A DNA stretch of 63,535 nucleotides, filler included, from Vannella sp. (lineage: Eukaryota), in assembly GCA_023345925.1 (NCBI GenBank). It is 6 parts of 6 records of this genome, joined end to end, with 100 filler letters (N's around TTAATTAATTAA, not from the genome) between each part and the next. Parts side by side here need not be neighbours in the genome. Positions count along the whole stretch, not along the records: positions 18,454 to 33,772 come from JAJQQN010000362.1; positions 33,873 to 47,640 come from JAJQQN010000425.1; 4 more parts are not named here. One strand, given 5' to 3'. Positions 33,176 through 47,740 of this stretch are shown piece by piece. Each line of letters begins with the position of its first letter. Position 1 is the stretch's first letter. The position numbers were made by a program, and so were the translations under genes. The notes beneath the pieces were generated by a model. The model was not told where the DNA came from and made no database searches. It saw only the letters and a program-made list of their open reading frames with translations.

Positions 33176-33339
33176 GACTTAAATCGGTTCTAAAAGCCTC
33201 CCACGCTTTCTTACGATGCCCCGCGTATGAACTGATTAACAACCAAATGATCTGAAAGCTTCCTACTTCTGAAAGGAAACGTTTCAGTTCCTGCCACTTT
33301 CATTTTCATCCTTTTCCTATTCATTCTTATGCCATTGAC

Positions 33340-33772
33340 CATTGGGGGTCCTATCACTCACTTGTTCTTGACGAAGCGGGCGGAGTGTGGCAAGCTGGTT
33401 ACTTGACTACCGTTTTCCCTAGAGGGGCTACCGTTGATAGCTTTTGTGGCTGCTGGCCGATTTCATTTTACGCTGCAATTGACCACAATGGCGGTCTTTG
33501 GTCGTGGGGGTCGAAACAGGCTTTTGGAGGAATCTCCCCCACGGCAAATAGTTGAACTCCTGTCGACAAGGTGGCGTGTGGCAATGGAGTGCTTGCAGGC
33601 CTCTGAAAACCTGGATTGTAGGAAGTGGACTTTGCTGTCTTTCTTTCAACAATGCCCCCCGACCAGTTTGTTTCAGGTGGGTACCTGGCCAATCCATTTA
33701 GTACCTTATGGAATCCAGAAAACCTAACTATTCCAAGAGTTGTCAGACAACAGTTCTGGCAGCCCGCGGCAT
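33340..33772 (+). pseudogene. Frameshifted RCC1-repeat remnant
   Basis: RCC1-like pieces in different frames with stops between them: GSYHSLVLDEAGGVWQAG, IAFVAAG, FYAAIDHNGGLWSWG and KVACGNG. Confidence 0.55.
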
Positions 33773-33872
33773 NNNNNNNNNNNNNNNNNNNNNNNNNNNN
33801 NNNNNNNNNNNNNNNNTTAATTAATTAANNNNNNNNNNNNNNNNNNNNNNNNNNNNNNNNNNNNNNNNNNNN
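33773..33872. other. Artificial contig linker
   Basis: N44-TTAATTAATTAA-N44. Confidence 0.97.
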
Positions 33873-36800
33873 CTTGCAAAGTGGAGTCAACGTTTGGATC
33901 AAGAACATCCAGAAGGTGACCAAACTGGAGCGGTAAGCAAGCTTTCTTTCCCCCCAAGCTCGTGTTGACAGGTTTGGTTAGTTTGGAGCTGATGCCATCG
34001 TCATCCTCTACTTCGCAAGAGATCAAGTTCTGGGTGGAGCTGGAGAACTCGTTGGAGTCGATCAATGGCAAGCTGAACAGCCCAGCGGTCCAGTTGACCT
34101 TGAATACGCTCAAGCGCGCCAAGCGGTTTGTTGCCACAGTCGCGTTTGAGTCTGGTGGCGATACCATCGGAATGAAGGATGCCCTGGAGAAGGTAGCGGA
34201 CTACAAGAACCTCATGAAGGACTTCCCCATCGACAGTCTCCTCACAGCCACCGACATCGGCACTCAAATCCCTGACGCCCTTAACGAGATCTTCTCTCAC
34301 TTGATCAAGCGGGCTAAGAACACATCGTATCCTACCAAGCGCTTCATCCAGCTTCTGGAGGCTTTGGGCAAGGATCTGCGCGACAAGCTTCTCTCCCTCT
34401 TGCAGGCAAAGCGGTTGATGGACGTGGACTACCCCGAGTTCGAGCGCCTTGTTCAGGAGTGTGGAAAGGTCTTTAAGGCATGGACTGGTTCCCACACTGG
34501 CCCGCCTTTTGGGTTCGAGTCCTTCCGAGACTTCATTTGGAACAAGCGACGACAGCCTCTTCCAGTGAAGATAGAGTTACGTGCTCTGGAGGATCGTATC
34601 AATGAGATCGCCAACTTCCGACGGGAGCATGAGGAGCTTCGAGGTGTGATTATCAGCTCCTTGGCCTCTTCTGGAGGGCGAAAAGAAGTGGAAGAAGCTT
34701 ACCAAACGGTTCGCTCTGTTGATGTGCTTGACCTGACTGAGGAGGGCGCTGGACGCTGGGAGATTGCCCAAAAGAAGTACGCTGAGCATGTGGACCGTGT
34801 TGAGTCTCAGATTGCCTCTCGCCTCCGAGACAAGCTCGCCACAGCTAAGAACGCCAACGAGATGTTCAGAATCTTTGGCCAGTTCTCTGCACTGTTGCGC
34901 CGACCTCGAATTGTGGGTGCCACACGCGAGTATCAGACTCAGCTTCTCAAGCGAGTGAAGGACGATATCACTGTGCTTCAAGAAAAGTTCATCAAGACTT
35001 ACAACCAGTCTGAGGAGAAGTACATGAGCCGCCTACGAGATATTCCAGAAACCTCTGGTGCCATCATCTGGGCCCAACAGATTGAGCGCCAATTGGAACT
35101 CTACAAGAAGCGAGTCGAACAGGTTCTTGGTGAAGACTGGACTCTTGATGTTGAGGGGCAAGCACTTCTCAAATATCTGGAACCGTTGAAGCAGAAGCTC
35201 AATACTGACGCGCTCTTCAAGCGTTGGTGCACTGAGACCGAAGCCCGTAATTTTGAGATCTCTGGAAGGCTTTTGAAGATCAATAAGGTCCACAACAAGC
35301 TCTGTGTGGAAGTTAACTTTGACCCCAAAATCATCACTCTCTTTAAGGAGGTCCGCAATTTGCAGTGGCTTGGAAAGACAGTTCCTATTTCGATTACGAT
35401 CCACTCTAGCTCAGCAGAGCGCGTTTACCCTTTCGCTGTCTCCCTTCGGGAGTCATTGCGCAGTTATCAGCAAACCTGTGGACGACTGACTGAGACTACG
35501 AACATGCTAGTGGCTGATTACAAAGTTCAGGTCCAAAACAAGATTGCTGAGGGCTTCAAACTGAAGTGGGACTACCTGGGAAGCGAAGACACTTTTGTTG
35601 GTAGCTTTGCTGATGCTGTCGTAACGCTTCGTGAGAAGGTGGACAACCTCATTGAGAAGGAACAATCCATCCAACTTGAGCTGGAGCTTCTGAAAAGCTG
35701 TGCCTTGCAAAAAGGAAGCTTTGCAGAGATCTTGGAGAAGGTACAGAAGATTGTTGACGAACTCAATTTGCTCTCGTACTCTAACCTGAGCACTTGGGTC
35801 CGCAATCTGGACAAGAGCATCGAAGACATGCTGCTGGAGCGCCTCATTGAGTGCAATTCTGCTTGGGCAACCAACTTCTCCCCCGGAGATGCTGTCGAGG
35901 GCGACAAGAGCGCTCCCAAGATGGAGCCCATCGTCCATTACATTGCCATCCGAAATCAGGAGGTTGGATGCTTCCCTCCCTTGGAGCACGCTCGCGCAGC
36001 TTGGATTGCTCAGCTGAATCAATGGCTGGGAATGATCTGCGACCTTCCCAGACTCAGCGGGTCTCGCTACGACCAAAGCCTCTCCAGCAACGAAGACGAT
36101 GTACGCCCAACTTATCGTAACATTCTTACCCGCCTTCCGGAACGAGCACTCACTGGCACTTACGAAACAATCGAGCGCAAGATCTCCGAGGTCTCCAAAT
36201 ATGTAGAGGTGTGGCTTCAGTATCAAGCCCTCTGGGACATGGATTCTTCTGTTGTGTACGACAAACTTGGGGACTACCTGGAGCGCTGGGAGCAGCTATT
36301 AAGCGAAATCCAGCACTCTCGCAAGACTTTTGACACCTCCCAGTCATCTAAGGACTTCGGACCCATCGTGGTGGACTTCAAGCAAGTGCAAGGAAGCATT
36401 GCCAACAAGTACGATTATTGGCACAAGGACATTCTCTTCCATTTCGGCAACAAGCTCGGCTCTGCGATGAAAGAGGGCTATGGAGATATCTCAAATGCTC
36501 GATTAGACCTTGAGCGTAACTCTTTAGATTCAAGTTCAGTTGAAAACACTGTGGCGTTCATTCTCCGCGTGCAACAGCTTGCCAAGAAGGTGCCCAGTTG
36601 GGATCGCAGTCTTACAAGCTACAGAACTGGCCAGGAACTTCTCCGCAGACAGAGATATCACTTCCCTGGTGAATGGCTTGAGTTTGTTACTATTGACGGT
36701 GAATGGAGCGCTTTCAAGCAGATCCTCAAGAGAAAGGAGGACTCTATCACTGAGCAGCTTCCTACTCTTCAGTCCAAGATTGTGGAGGAGGGTAAGGTCT

Positions 36801-39800
36801 TCGAAAAGAAGGTTGCAGAATTCTACTCGGACTGGGCGAAGGGCAAACCCCTTGCCGGTGCTACTTCTTTCAACGCGGCTTTAGAGAGCCTCCGAATCTT
36901 TGCCGGACGTTTAGTTCGCCTTCAGGAGGAGAAGCGACAGATTGTTTCAGCTAAGGAGGCTTTGGATTTAGAACCCCAGTCTGACGACAGACTTGATGCG
37001 ATTGAAGAGGAGCTGACAGACCTTCAGGGCGTCTGGAACGAGCTTGCTACCGTTTGGGGCGAGGTTGAGGCACTGAAGGAGATTTCCTGGGCTTCCGTTG
37101 TTCCCAGAAAGGTTCGCAAGCAATTGGAAGAGACCCAAGAGAAGATGAAGGCACTACCAAACCGAATGCGCCAGTACGCTGCTTACATTCATGTTCAAGA
37201 CACCATCAAAAGCTTCTTGCGGGCTAACCTTATCATCAATGATCTTCGCTCAGAGGCTCTCCGCGATCGCCACTGGCAAGAGCTCCGTCGCAAGTTGGGC
37301 GTGAAGTGGGTTCTCTCAGAGCTCACTCTTGGAGAGGTTTGGGACAGCGACGTGAAGAAGCACGAAGCTATTTACAAGGACATCATCACTCGAGCTCAAG
37401 GAGAGTTGGCTCTGGAAGAGTTTATCAAGCAAGTGAAGGAATACTGGGGAGCTTTTGAGCTGGAGCTTGTCAACTACCAGAACAAGAGCATGCTCATCAA
37501 AGGATGGGACGATCTGTTTGGCAAACTGACGGAGCACCTTAACAGCATCTCCTCCATGAAGGCGTCGCCTTTCTACAAGGTCTTCGAGGAGAGCGCAAAC
37601 TCTTGGGACGATAAGCTGAACCGAATCCGCAACTTGTTCGATGTTTGGATTGATGTACAACGTCGCTGGATCTATTTGGAGGGTATCTTCTCCGGTTCAG
37701 CCGATATTGCTGCTCTTCTCCCTGTTGAGAGCTCCCGTTTCAAGAGTGTCAATGCTGAGTTTGTGGGCATCATGAAGAAGGTGAACCGCACCCGCCTCAT
37801 CATCGAGGTTGTCCAATTCGAAGGCATCCAAAAGACTTTCGAGCGAATTGCCGATGTCCTCACTAAGATCCAGAAGGCTCTTGGAGACTACCTTGAACGC
37901 CAGCGAGCAGCTTTCCCACGCTTCTACTTTGTGGGAGACGAAGATCTTCTGGAAATCATTGGTAACAGCAAAGACATTGACCGCATTCAAAAGCATTTGC
38001 GGAAGATGTTTGCAGGACTTGCCTCGCTGCTTCTTGATGACAGCCGAACACTTATCCTCGGAATGTCTTCTCGAGAGGGAGAAAGCATCAACTTCAAGCG
38101 CGAGATTAGCCTGAAAGATCATCCAAAGATCAATGAATGGCTGGGAAAGGTCGAAGCAGAGATGAAGTTTACTCTTGCTTCTCTCTTCCAAGAGAGCTAC
38201 ATGAAACGCCTTGTTATTGAAGGTGAAGGACAGGGTTTGGACACTTCAAAGTTCCTTGACTGGGTGAAAGAAACACCCGCTCAATTGGTAGTTATTTGCA
38301 CACAAACCATTTGGACTCAAATGACTGAGATGGCTATCATCCAGTTGGAGAAGAAGCCTGACGCTCTTTCTGCTTGCCTGGAGCAGGTCACGCAGGTGTT
38401 GAACTTACTCGCAGACCAAGTTTTGCAAGATCTCTCCATTGATATCCGCAAGAAGTACGAACATCTCATCACTGAGTTGGTGCACCAACGTGATGTCATC
38501 CGAAAGCTGATTCGCAACAAAGTTGTCTCTATCAAGAGCTTTGAGTGGCTCTATGAGATGCGCTTCTACTTTACCGATAACAAAGAGTCTGTCCTTAAGA
38601 ATCTGACCATCCGAATGGCAAACGCCACCTTCTTCTATGGTTATGAGTATCTTGGAATTGCAGAGAAGCTTGTTCAGACCCCTCTCACAGATCGCTGCTA
38701 CTTGGCACTCACCCAAGCATTGGAGGGACGAATGGGAGGCAGTCCCTTCGGACCTGCTGGTACTGGAAAGACTGAGACCGTCAAGGCGTTAGGTGGACAG
38801 TTGGGTCAATTCGTCATCGTCTTCTGCTGTGATGAAGCTTTCGACTTCCAAGCCATGAGCCGTATCTTTGTGGGTCTTTGCCAGTGCGGCGCTTGGGGTT
38901 GTTTTGACGAGTTCAATCGATTGGAGGAACGAATCCTTTCAGCAGTCTCTCAGCAGATCCAAACCATCCAAGTGGCTCTGAAGGACAACTCAAATGAGGT
39001 TGAAATCATCGGCCGGCCAGTCAAGGTGAACTCGAACATGGGAATCTTTATTACCATGAATCCTGGTTATGCTGGGCGTTCCAACTTGCCTGACAACCTG
39101 AAGCAACTCTTCCGCGGTATTGCCATGATCTCTCCCGATCGTGAGCTGATTGCTCAAGTCATGCTCTACTCTCAGGGCTTCAAGACAGCTGAGAGACTTT
39201 CGGGCAAGATCGTTCCCCTCTTCAAACTGTGCGAAGAACAGCTCTCTGCTCAGTCCCATTATGACTTTGGATTGCGTGCGTTAAAGAGTGTCCTTGTTAG
39301 CGCTGGTAACTTGAAGAGAAAGGGATTGCAATCTCCCGATGCCAAACCTCTGGAAGGTGAGGAGGAAGTGGCTTACGAACAAGACGTCATGCTCCGTAGT
39401 ATTTGTGAGAACATCATCCCTAAGCTGCTATCGGAGGATATCTCCCTGTTCCGCTCTCTTCTCTCGGATGTCTTCCCCGGTGCTGACGCTCGCACTATTC
39501 AGCTCGATGACTTGAAGGCAGCCATTATCAAGCTCACTCAGGACTACAATCTTGTCCCTGGTGAGGAATGGGTTGAGAAGCAGTTGCAGTTATACTCCAC
39601 TCAAGTCCTGCGACATGGTGTGATGGTTGTTGGACCTTCTGGCAGTGGCAAGAGCACAGCGTGGAAGATCTTGCTCGAAGCCATGACTAAGTGTGATGGC
39701 ATCGAGAGTATTCCCTATGTACTGGATCCAAAGGCAATCTCCAAGGATGAGCTCTTTGGTACCCTTGAAGCGACAACACGTGAGTGGACTGATGGTCTCT

Positions 39801-42800
39801 TCACTCATCTGCTCCGCAGAATCATCGACAACGTTCGTGGTGAGAGTGGCAAGCGCCACTGGATCATCTTTGATGGTGATGTCGATCCCGAGTGGGTGGA
39901 GAACCTCAACAGTCTTCTGGACGATAACCGACTCTTGACTCTGCCCAACGGTGAGCGATTGTCTCTTCCTGATAATGTTCGTATCTTCTTTGAGGTAGAG
40001 AATCTTGCCTACGCCACTCCTGCAACTGTGAGCCGTTGTGGAATGATCTGGTTCAGCGAAGAGACCGTTTCTACACCAATGCTGTTCACAAACTACCTCA
40101 CTCGACTGCGTAATACTCCTTTGAGTGAGCAGAGCAATGATCTCTTTGCTACTGGCGGCAAGGAGTTCCCACTCACTCCTGAGCTTCAACTGCAGAGAGA
40201 GGTGGCGGATATCCTGCAACCATTCTTTACTGACGATGGATTCATTGCCACTACTTGGCAAGAGGGTGCTAAGATAGAGCACATCATGGACTACACTCGC
40301 CTGCGAGTGATTGATGCAGTTTTCTCGCTCATCAATAAGGGAATTCGGAACATGCTGGAGTACAACGACACTCATCCCGACTTCCCAATGCCCAGTGAAC
40401 GTGTGGAGAGTTACATCACAAACCGTGTGGTGTATTCCTGCATGTGGGGCTTTGGAGGTTCAATGGGTCTCAGCGACAGAGAGGAATTCAGTCGACTGGT
40501 TCAGCGTTTGTCTAACACTCAGGGACTTCCTGATATTAACGGGCCTCCTCTCCTTGACTTCTTTGTGGATATAGATAATGGCAGATGGACTCCATGGAGT
40601 TCTACAGTGCCTGCTGTAGAGATTGAGTCGGATAAGGCTGCATCACCTGATGTTGTCATCCCAACCGTTGACACTGTTCGCCATGTAGAAGTGTTGCACT
40701 CCTGGTTAGCAGAACACAAACCACTGTTACTGTGTGGTCCCCCTGGTTCGGGTAAGACCATGACCCTCTACAGCACTCTGAATGCCTTCCCCGACTTTGA
40801 TGTCATCAGCCTCAACTTCTCCAGTGCCACTACTCCTGAACTCATTCTGAAGACATTTGAGCATCACTGCGAGTACAAACGCACTCAGCGAGGGACAATC
40901 CTTCATCCCAAGGAGGTAGGAAAGTGGCTGGTCATCTTCTGTGATGAAATCAACTTGCCTGAGAACGACAAGTACGGCACTCAGAAGGTTATTACTTTCC
41001 TCCGTCAATTGACTGAGCAAGGCGGGTTCTGGCGCACCTCTGACCACACGTGGATCATTCTTGATAAGATCCAGTTTGTTGGTGCTTGTAACCCACCCTC
41101 AGACCCTGGTCGTGTCCCCCTCACTCATCGCTTCCTCCGCTACTCGCCTCTCCTTCTGGTCGACTTCCCATCTGTCCCATCCCTTCATCAGATCTATGGA
41201 ACATTCGCTCGTGCGTTGCTGAAGCTGTTGCCATCTATTCGGTCTCAAGCTCAGGCCCTTACCGAGGCCATGGTGGAGGTGTACTCTGCCTCACAGAAAC
41301 GATTCACCCCCGACATGCAGTCGCATTACATCTATTCACCTCGAGAGCTCAGTCGCTGGATTCGTGCTCTCCATGAAGCGATTAAGCAAACAAATGAGAT
41401 GGACTTGAACGGTCTCGTTCGAGTCTGGGCCCACGAAGGACTTCGTCTGTTCTCTGATCGACTGGTAGAGGAAGAAGAGAAGGAATGGACTGATAAGCTC
41501 ATAGATGATGTGGCTAACAAGTGCTTTGTCGGGTTCGATGCTTCTGTTGCACTGGCTCGTCCAATTCTGTTCTCTAACTGGCTCACAAAGGAGTACCAGT
41601 CTGTTGGACGCGAAGAGTTGCGCGAGTATGTGCAAGCTCGTCTTAAGGTGTTCGCAGAGGAGGAGTTGGACGTGTCTCTGGTCGTGTTCAATGAGGTACT
41701 TGAGCATATCTTGCGGATTGACCGAGTATTTGGCCAACCACAAGGTCATGCCTTGCTGATTGGTGTATCAGGAGGTGGTAAAACAGTCCTCTCTCGCTTT
41801 GTGGCTTGGTTGAATGGGCTTTCCATCTTCACCATCAAAGTCAACAACAAATACGCCGCTGATGACTTTGACGAGGATCTCCGCCATGTCATGCGACGCT
41901 CTGGTGCCGAGAATGAGAAGGTTTGCTTCATTTTTGACGAGTCAAACGTTCTTGAATCGTCTTTCTTGGAACGCATGAACACTCTTCTGGCTGGTGGAGA
42001 GGTTCCCGGCCTCTTTGAAGGGGATGAGTACACTCAATTGATGAATCTCGTCAAGCAGAATGCCAACAACGCTGGTCTCATGCTTGATACAGACGATGAA
42101 CTGTATCGATTCTTCACCAAGCAGGTGCGCAATAACTTGCACATCGTCTTCACAATGAATCCTGCCTCTCCTGACTTCCACAACCGCGCGGCGACTTCGC
42201 CTGCGCTCTACAATCGCTGCGTTCTTGATTGGTTCGGTGAATGGTCTGAGCAGGCTCTGTTCCAGGTCGGTACCGAATTCACAAAGCGTGTTGACCTCGA
42301 CAATCACGATTATCAACCTCCTGCTTACTTCCCTGAGGTGTCTTTTGATCTTCCCATGCCTATCACTCACCGCACAGCAGTGGTTACTAGCTTGGTGTAC
42401 GTGCATAACACGATTGAAGAGGCAAATGTCCGTTTGGTGCGGACTCAAGGCCGACAGAACTACGTCACTCCCCGCCACTTCCTTGATTTGATCAGCCAGT
42501 TTGTCAATCTACTCACAGAGAAGCGAGAGGAGCTCGAAGAGCAACAGCTTCATCTTAACATCGGTCTCTCCAAGCTGCGAGAGACTCAAGAGCAAGTCAG
42601 CACCCTCCAGGTGTCCTTGCGCGAGAAAAACAAGCAGCTTGAAGCCAAGAATCTGGAGGCTAATGCCAAGCTTAAGCAGATGGTAGACGACCAACAGATT
42701 GCCGAGTCAAAGAAGAAGGATGGCCTCGTCCTTCAAAAGCAATTGCAAGAGCAGAATGTCGTTATTGCTGAGAAGAAGGCCCGCGCCTACGAGGACCTTG

Positions 42801-45800
42801 CTAAGGTAGAGCCGACTATCGAAGAAGCCAAGAGCAGCGTGTCTTCCATCAAGAAGAGCCATCTTGATGAAGTTCGAGCGTTGGCCAATCCTCCCCAAAA
42901 GGTTCGAATGGCTATGGAGGCTGTCATTATCCTTCTTGGAGGCGGCAAGATGGATTGGAGCGGTATCCGAAAGCGAATCATGGAACGGGACTTCATTCCT
43001 AACATTGTCAACTTTGATAGCGAATCTATCTCCCCTCAGGCACGCCTTGCCATCGAGAAAGAGTACGTTTCGAACCCAGACTTTACTTTTGAGATTGTCA
43101 ATCGAGCCAGTCAGGCTTGCGGACCTCTGGTCAAGTGGGTGCGAGCTCAAGTGACCTATTCCACGATTCTCAACAGTGTTGCACCTCTTCGTGAGGAAGT
43201 TTCGAACTTGGAGAAGCTAGCAAAGACTTTGCAGACCAAAGCTGACAAGACAGAGGCTAACATCGCTGAGCTTGAAAGCAGTATTCTCAGATACAAAGAA
43301 GAGTACGCGGCTCTCATTTCAGAGACCCAGGCCATCAAGACCGAGATGGAGACGGTCAAAGACAAGGTCGAGCGTTCTGTGTCGCTGCTGAATAATCTAT
43401 CTTCTGAACAGGGCCGTTGGGAAGGTAGTAGTGCCACTTTCAAGGAGCACATGTCTACTCTTGTTGGCGACTGCCTCCTCAGCTCTGCCTTCCTAGCCTA
43501 CAGCGGGTTTTTCGACCAGCAGTATCGTACTGCTCTCATGACCAAGTGGCAAGGACGTCTCATTGATGTCGGAGTGAAGTTCAAGCAAGAGATTTCAGTG
43601 GTCGAGTATTTGTCACACCCTGACGAACGATTGGCCTGGCAGGCCAACAATCTCCCAGCTGACAATCTTGCTGTGGAGAATGCCATTATGATGAATCGCT
43701 TCAACCGCTATCCGCTGTTGATTGATCCTTCTGGCCAGGCTTCTGAGTTCCTCATGAAGCAGTACAAAGACCGTAAGATCGTTCAAACGTCTTTCCTGGA
43801 TTCTAGTTTCATGAAGAACCTTGAGAGTTCTCTTCGCTTCGGTACTCCTTTGCTTGTACATGATGTGGAGTCTATGGATCCTGTCCTTAACCCTGTTCTG
43901 AACAAGGAGATTCGTAAGACAGGTGGACGCATCCTCATTCGTCTGGGAGATCAGGATGTGGATTTCTCACCTTCCTTTGTCATTTTCCTGGCAACTCGAG
44001 ACCCCACCGCTCACTTTACACCTGATTTGTGCTCACGTGTGACGTTTGTTAACTTCACAGTAACTCCTTCTTCTCTTCAGAGCCAGTGCTTGCACGAGGT
44101 GCTCAAATCCGAGCGTCCTGATATTGAGCAAAAGAGAGCGGACTTGCTGAAGATGCAAGGCGAGTTCAAAGTGCGTCTTCGAAACCTGGAGAAATCTCTC
44201 CTTAATGCACTCAACGAGTCTTCTGGAAGTATCTTAGAGAACGATAAGGTCATCAACACCCTTACAACCTTAAAGAATGAGGCTCTGGACATTACTCAGA
44301 AGGTAGAGGAGACGGAAGTCGTCTTTGAGGAGATTACTCGTGTGTCTGGCACATACAACGGAATGGCCACCTTCTGCTCGAAGATCTTCTTTGCCATGGA
44401 GCAACTGGCTTCCGTTCACTTCCTTTACCAGTTCTCTTTGCGCTTCTTCCTTGACATGTTTGACGACTTGCTCCACAGAAACCCAGACCTTCAAGGGATT
44501 ACTGATGCCACTCAGCGCCTGGAAGTGCTCATCAAAGACCTGTTCATTGTTGTGTACCGTCGGGTGTGTCGCACGTTGCTCCACGAAGACCAGCTTACTT
44601 TTGGTCTACGACTTGCACAGATTCGCCTCAGCGGTTCTGCTAACGAGTTCCCAGAGAATGAATTGGAGTTCTTCTTGAAGGGAGGAGAGAACATTGCGTC
44701 AACTGGCCCTCTTCCTGAGTTCAACAGCATTGCTTCACTTCTTTCCGAAGCGCAACAACGTTACGTCAGCGAAGTCCAGAGCACTCTTCCTTTCTTCAAG
44801 CCGCTCCGGCAACAGATGGAAGAGAACCGCTCTGACTGGGAGGCTTTCATAGCTGCCACACATGCAGAGAATGCATTGCCTGATTCGTGGGAGCAGCATC
44901 TCATTCAGGCATCGGGCAAGACCAACGCTGTCATTCAGCACTTCCGTCGCTTGATTGTCCTCAAGTCACTCCGCCCAGACCGCTTGATGGCTGGAATCTA
45001 CAGTACAGTGACTCAGGTATTTGGTGACCAGTTCTTGCAGCAGCCAGAACTCAACTTGGTCAATGTGGTTGAAAACGAGTCCAATGCCGAGTCGCCAATC
45101 CTCATGGCCTCCATGCCAGGTCACGATGCTGTTGGTTTGGTGGACGATTTGGCAGCGAAGATGAAGAAACCATGTAAGGGTATTGCTATTGGATCACCAG
45201 AAGGGTTCGACCTTGCGGAGAAGTCCATCTTTGCTGCCACTAAATCTGGGGGCTGGGTTCTCTTGAAGAACATTCATTTGGCCCCGCAATGGCTCAGCAA
45301 ATTGGAGAAGAAGCTTCACAGCCTTCACCCTCACAAGAACTTCCGCCTCTTCATGACCTCCGAGATTCATCCGAAGCTTCCTGCCAGCTTGTTGCGCCAA
45401 TCTCACATCTTCTCGTTCGAGCCTCCGCCAGGTATTAAGGCTAACATGCTCCACACTCTCTCTGCTCTTGACCAATCCCGAATGGAGCAGAAGCCACGTG
45501 AACGTGGACGCCTCTACTTTATGTTGGCGTGGTTCCACGCTGTGGTTCAGGAGCGTCTACGATACGCTCCCCTTGGTTGGTCGAAGATGTTTGAGTTTGG
45601 TGACACTGACAAACGCTGCGCCCTTGAGACGATTGACTACTGGATTGACAGTGTGGCGCAAGGCCGCGACAACGTGGACCCAGAAAAGATCCCTTGGGAA
45701 GCCATCCGCACACTCCTTGGACAATCTGTGTATGGTGGACGCATTGATAATGACTTTGATCAACGCCTGCTCGACTCCTTCCTGCAGCAGATCCTCCGTC

Positions 45801-46912
45801 CCAAGTGCTACGACTTGGACTTCACTTTAGTCGAATTCGAGAACTCTGCCGGCGAGCCAGACCGTCTGGTCGCTCCCGAAGGCATGTCGAAGCGTGAGCT
45901 CACTAACTGGGTTCAGGCACTTCCTGAAAACGAGAATCCAGCTTGGTTGGGACTTCCGCCCAATTCAGAGATCTTATTGCTCATCAACCAGAGCAAGCGC
46001 CTTGTCTCTCGCTTCCTGAAGATGCAGAGCGTCCAATTGGATGACTCTTACTCCACGGAGGGTTCTGGTCAAGCTGCTCAAGGTGGACGACCCCAGTGGG
46101 CAACTACTTTGCTCAAGTTTGTTGAAACCTGGAAGGCTCTCCTTCCAAAGGAACTCGCAGGCTTGGAAATCACTGCCAAGTCAGCATCGGATCCTTTGTT
46201 CCGATTCTTTGAGCGGGAAGTCGCCATGGGCCAACAGTTGCTCGGGCGAATCCATCGTGATTTAGAGACTTTGTCGGCTGTTGCGGAGGGAACCCAAAAG
46301 CAGACGAATTACATCCGCTCTTTGATGGCCTCGGTCAACAAGGCGCTGATTCCGGAACCATGGCGGGTGTATTCAGTCTCTGATAGTGTTTCCCTTAGTG
46401 CTTGGCTCGTCGACTTTACGAAGCGTATTCAGCAGCTTCACAGTATCCAGCAATCGAAGGAGTATGGGAAACGTGTTTGGGTTGGCGGTTTGTTCAATGC
46501 TGAAGCGTTCATGACGGCTACTCGCCAAGCCTCTGCGCGTGCTCATGCTTGGTCATTGGAGAACCTCGAGTTAACTGCTCAGGTCTTGAGCGTAGATGAG
46601 TTCCCAGCTGACGCTGATCCTGCCAGTTTCATTGCACAGGGTCTCATTCTCGAGGCTGCATCTTGGAATGCTCGTGAACTGAGCATGACTGCAGAGATGT
46701 CTCACAAGATGCCACCGATTCTCTTTACCTGGAAGCTGAAAGATCAGATGGAGGCCGAAGACAACTCTCAGGTCCCTGTCACTGTTCCAGTGTACCTCAA
46801 CGAGATGCGCCTTGAACTCCTCTTTGCCATCACCCTCCCTGGCCCTCCTTCCATTCCAGCTCCCATTTGGTACCAAAGAGGAGTTGCTCTTCTGTCCACC
46901 CGACCTTTGTAG
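33873..46912 (+). CDS. DYNC1H1: Cytoplasmic dynein 1 heavy chain (5'-truncated by contig edge)
   Basis: P-loops GPAGTGKT, GPSGSGKS, GPPGSGKT and GVSGGGKT; FPRFYF; stalk coiled coils. Upstream exon LQSGVNVWIKNIQKVTKLER and an intron near 33933-33981. Confidence 0.98.
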
Positions 46913-47430
46913 GTAAGCAGGCAATGCAGCCACTTCAAATAAAAATAAACCCACCCTGGGTTGGTGTTTGCTCTGGAGTTGCTCTCTCTTCCCATTCGGT
47001 CATATTCCGCTAAGAAGGATGCGGTGGGACCTCCGGAAGTGAGTAATTTTTGCATAGTTAGGATCGTTTCTGTCATTCTGAGCCCATTTGCAAGGAACTC
47101 GGTTTACAGCGGCCGTGAACTCCCATTCTTTCGTGCCGAGTTTGCTGTTGAAAAGGGTCGAATTCGCATGGTCACCTTGTTGTTAGATGAATCACGGGAT
47201 TTGCGATCTTACACTCTAATGGATTCGTTCTCATCGGTTATGACTGGCATTTGACATGTGTCACCTATCTGAAAGTTTCCTTAATCTTCACTTCATTTCG
47301 TCCTCCGTACTCAGACGTGAGCCTGACTAAGCTATGAGTACAATGACGCAGGATCATAGAAGTAACGCTCAATAGTGAGGAATCAAAGGTTTGGTGAAGG
47401 AATGACGAACGAACTGACCAGATGGTGTAG

Positions 47431-47640
47431 TACGATCTATTCCTTCAGATATCGCCAATGCAAGATTTGCTACGTGAATGGAACAGCTCAGTGGCGAAGG
47501 GGGCCAGACGGAGAAGGTACGCCTCCTCCTCTCAGTTCAGGACGACCCGAAGAAGACTTCGCTCGGTTCTAAAGCCAAACATAACCATGTTTGGAGAGCA
47601 CTGATTGGTACCTGTTGAATTAGCTAACTGAAAGGGACAC
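47431..47640 (+). CDS. GATA zinc-finger protein fragment (cut by contig end)
   Basis: RQCKICYVNGTAQWRRGPDGE. A putative intron from gtacgc (47517) to ctaactgaaag (47634) would continue G-T-(L), as in the GATA consensus GxxLCNACG. Confidence 0.65.
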
Positions 47641-47740
47641 NNNNNNNNNNNNNNNNNNNNNNNNNNNNNNNNNNNNNNNNNNNNTTAATTAATTAANNNN
47701 NNNNNNNNNNNNNNNNNNNNNNNNNNNNNNNNNNNNNNNN
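47641..47740. other. Artificial contig linker
   Basis: N44-TTAATTAATTAA-N44. Confidence 0.97.

Noticed and set aside
46961..47400. Possible snoRNA boxes or a short ORF downstream of dynein
   Set aside because: No convincing C/D pair with a terminal stem; more likely the promoter and 5' exons of the GATA gene.
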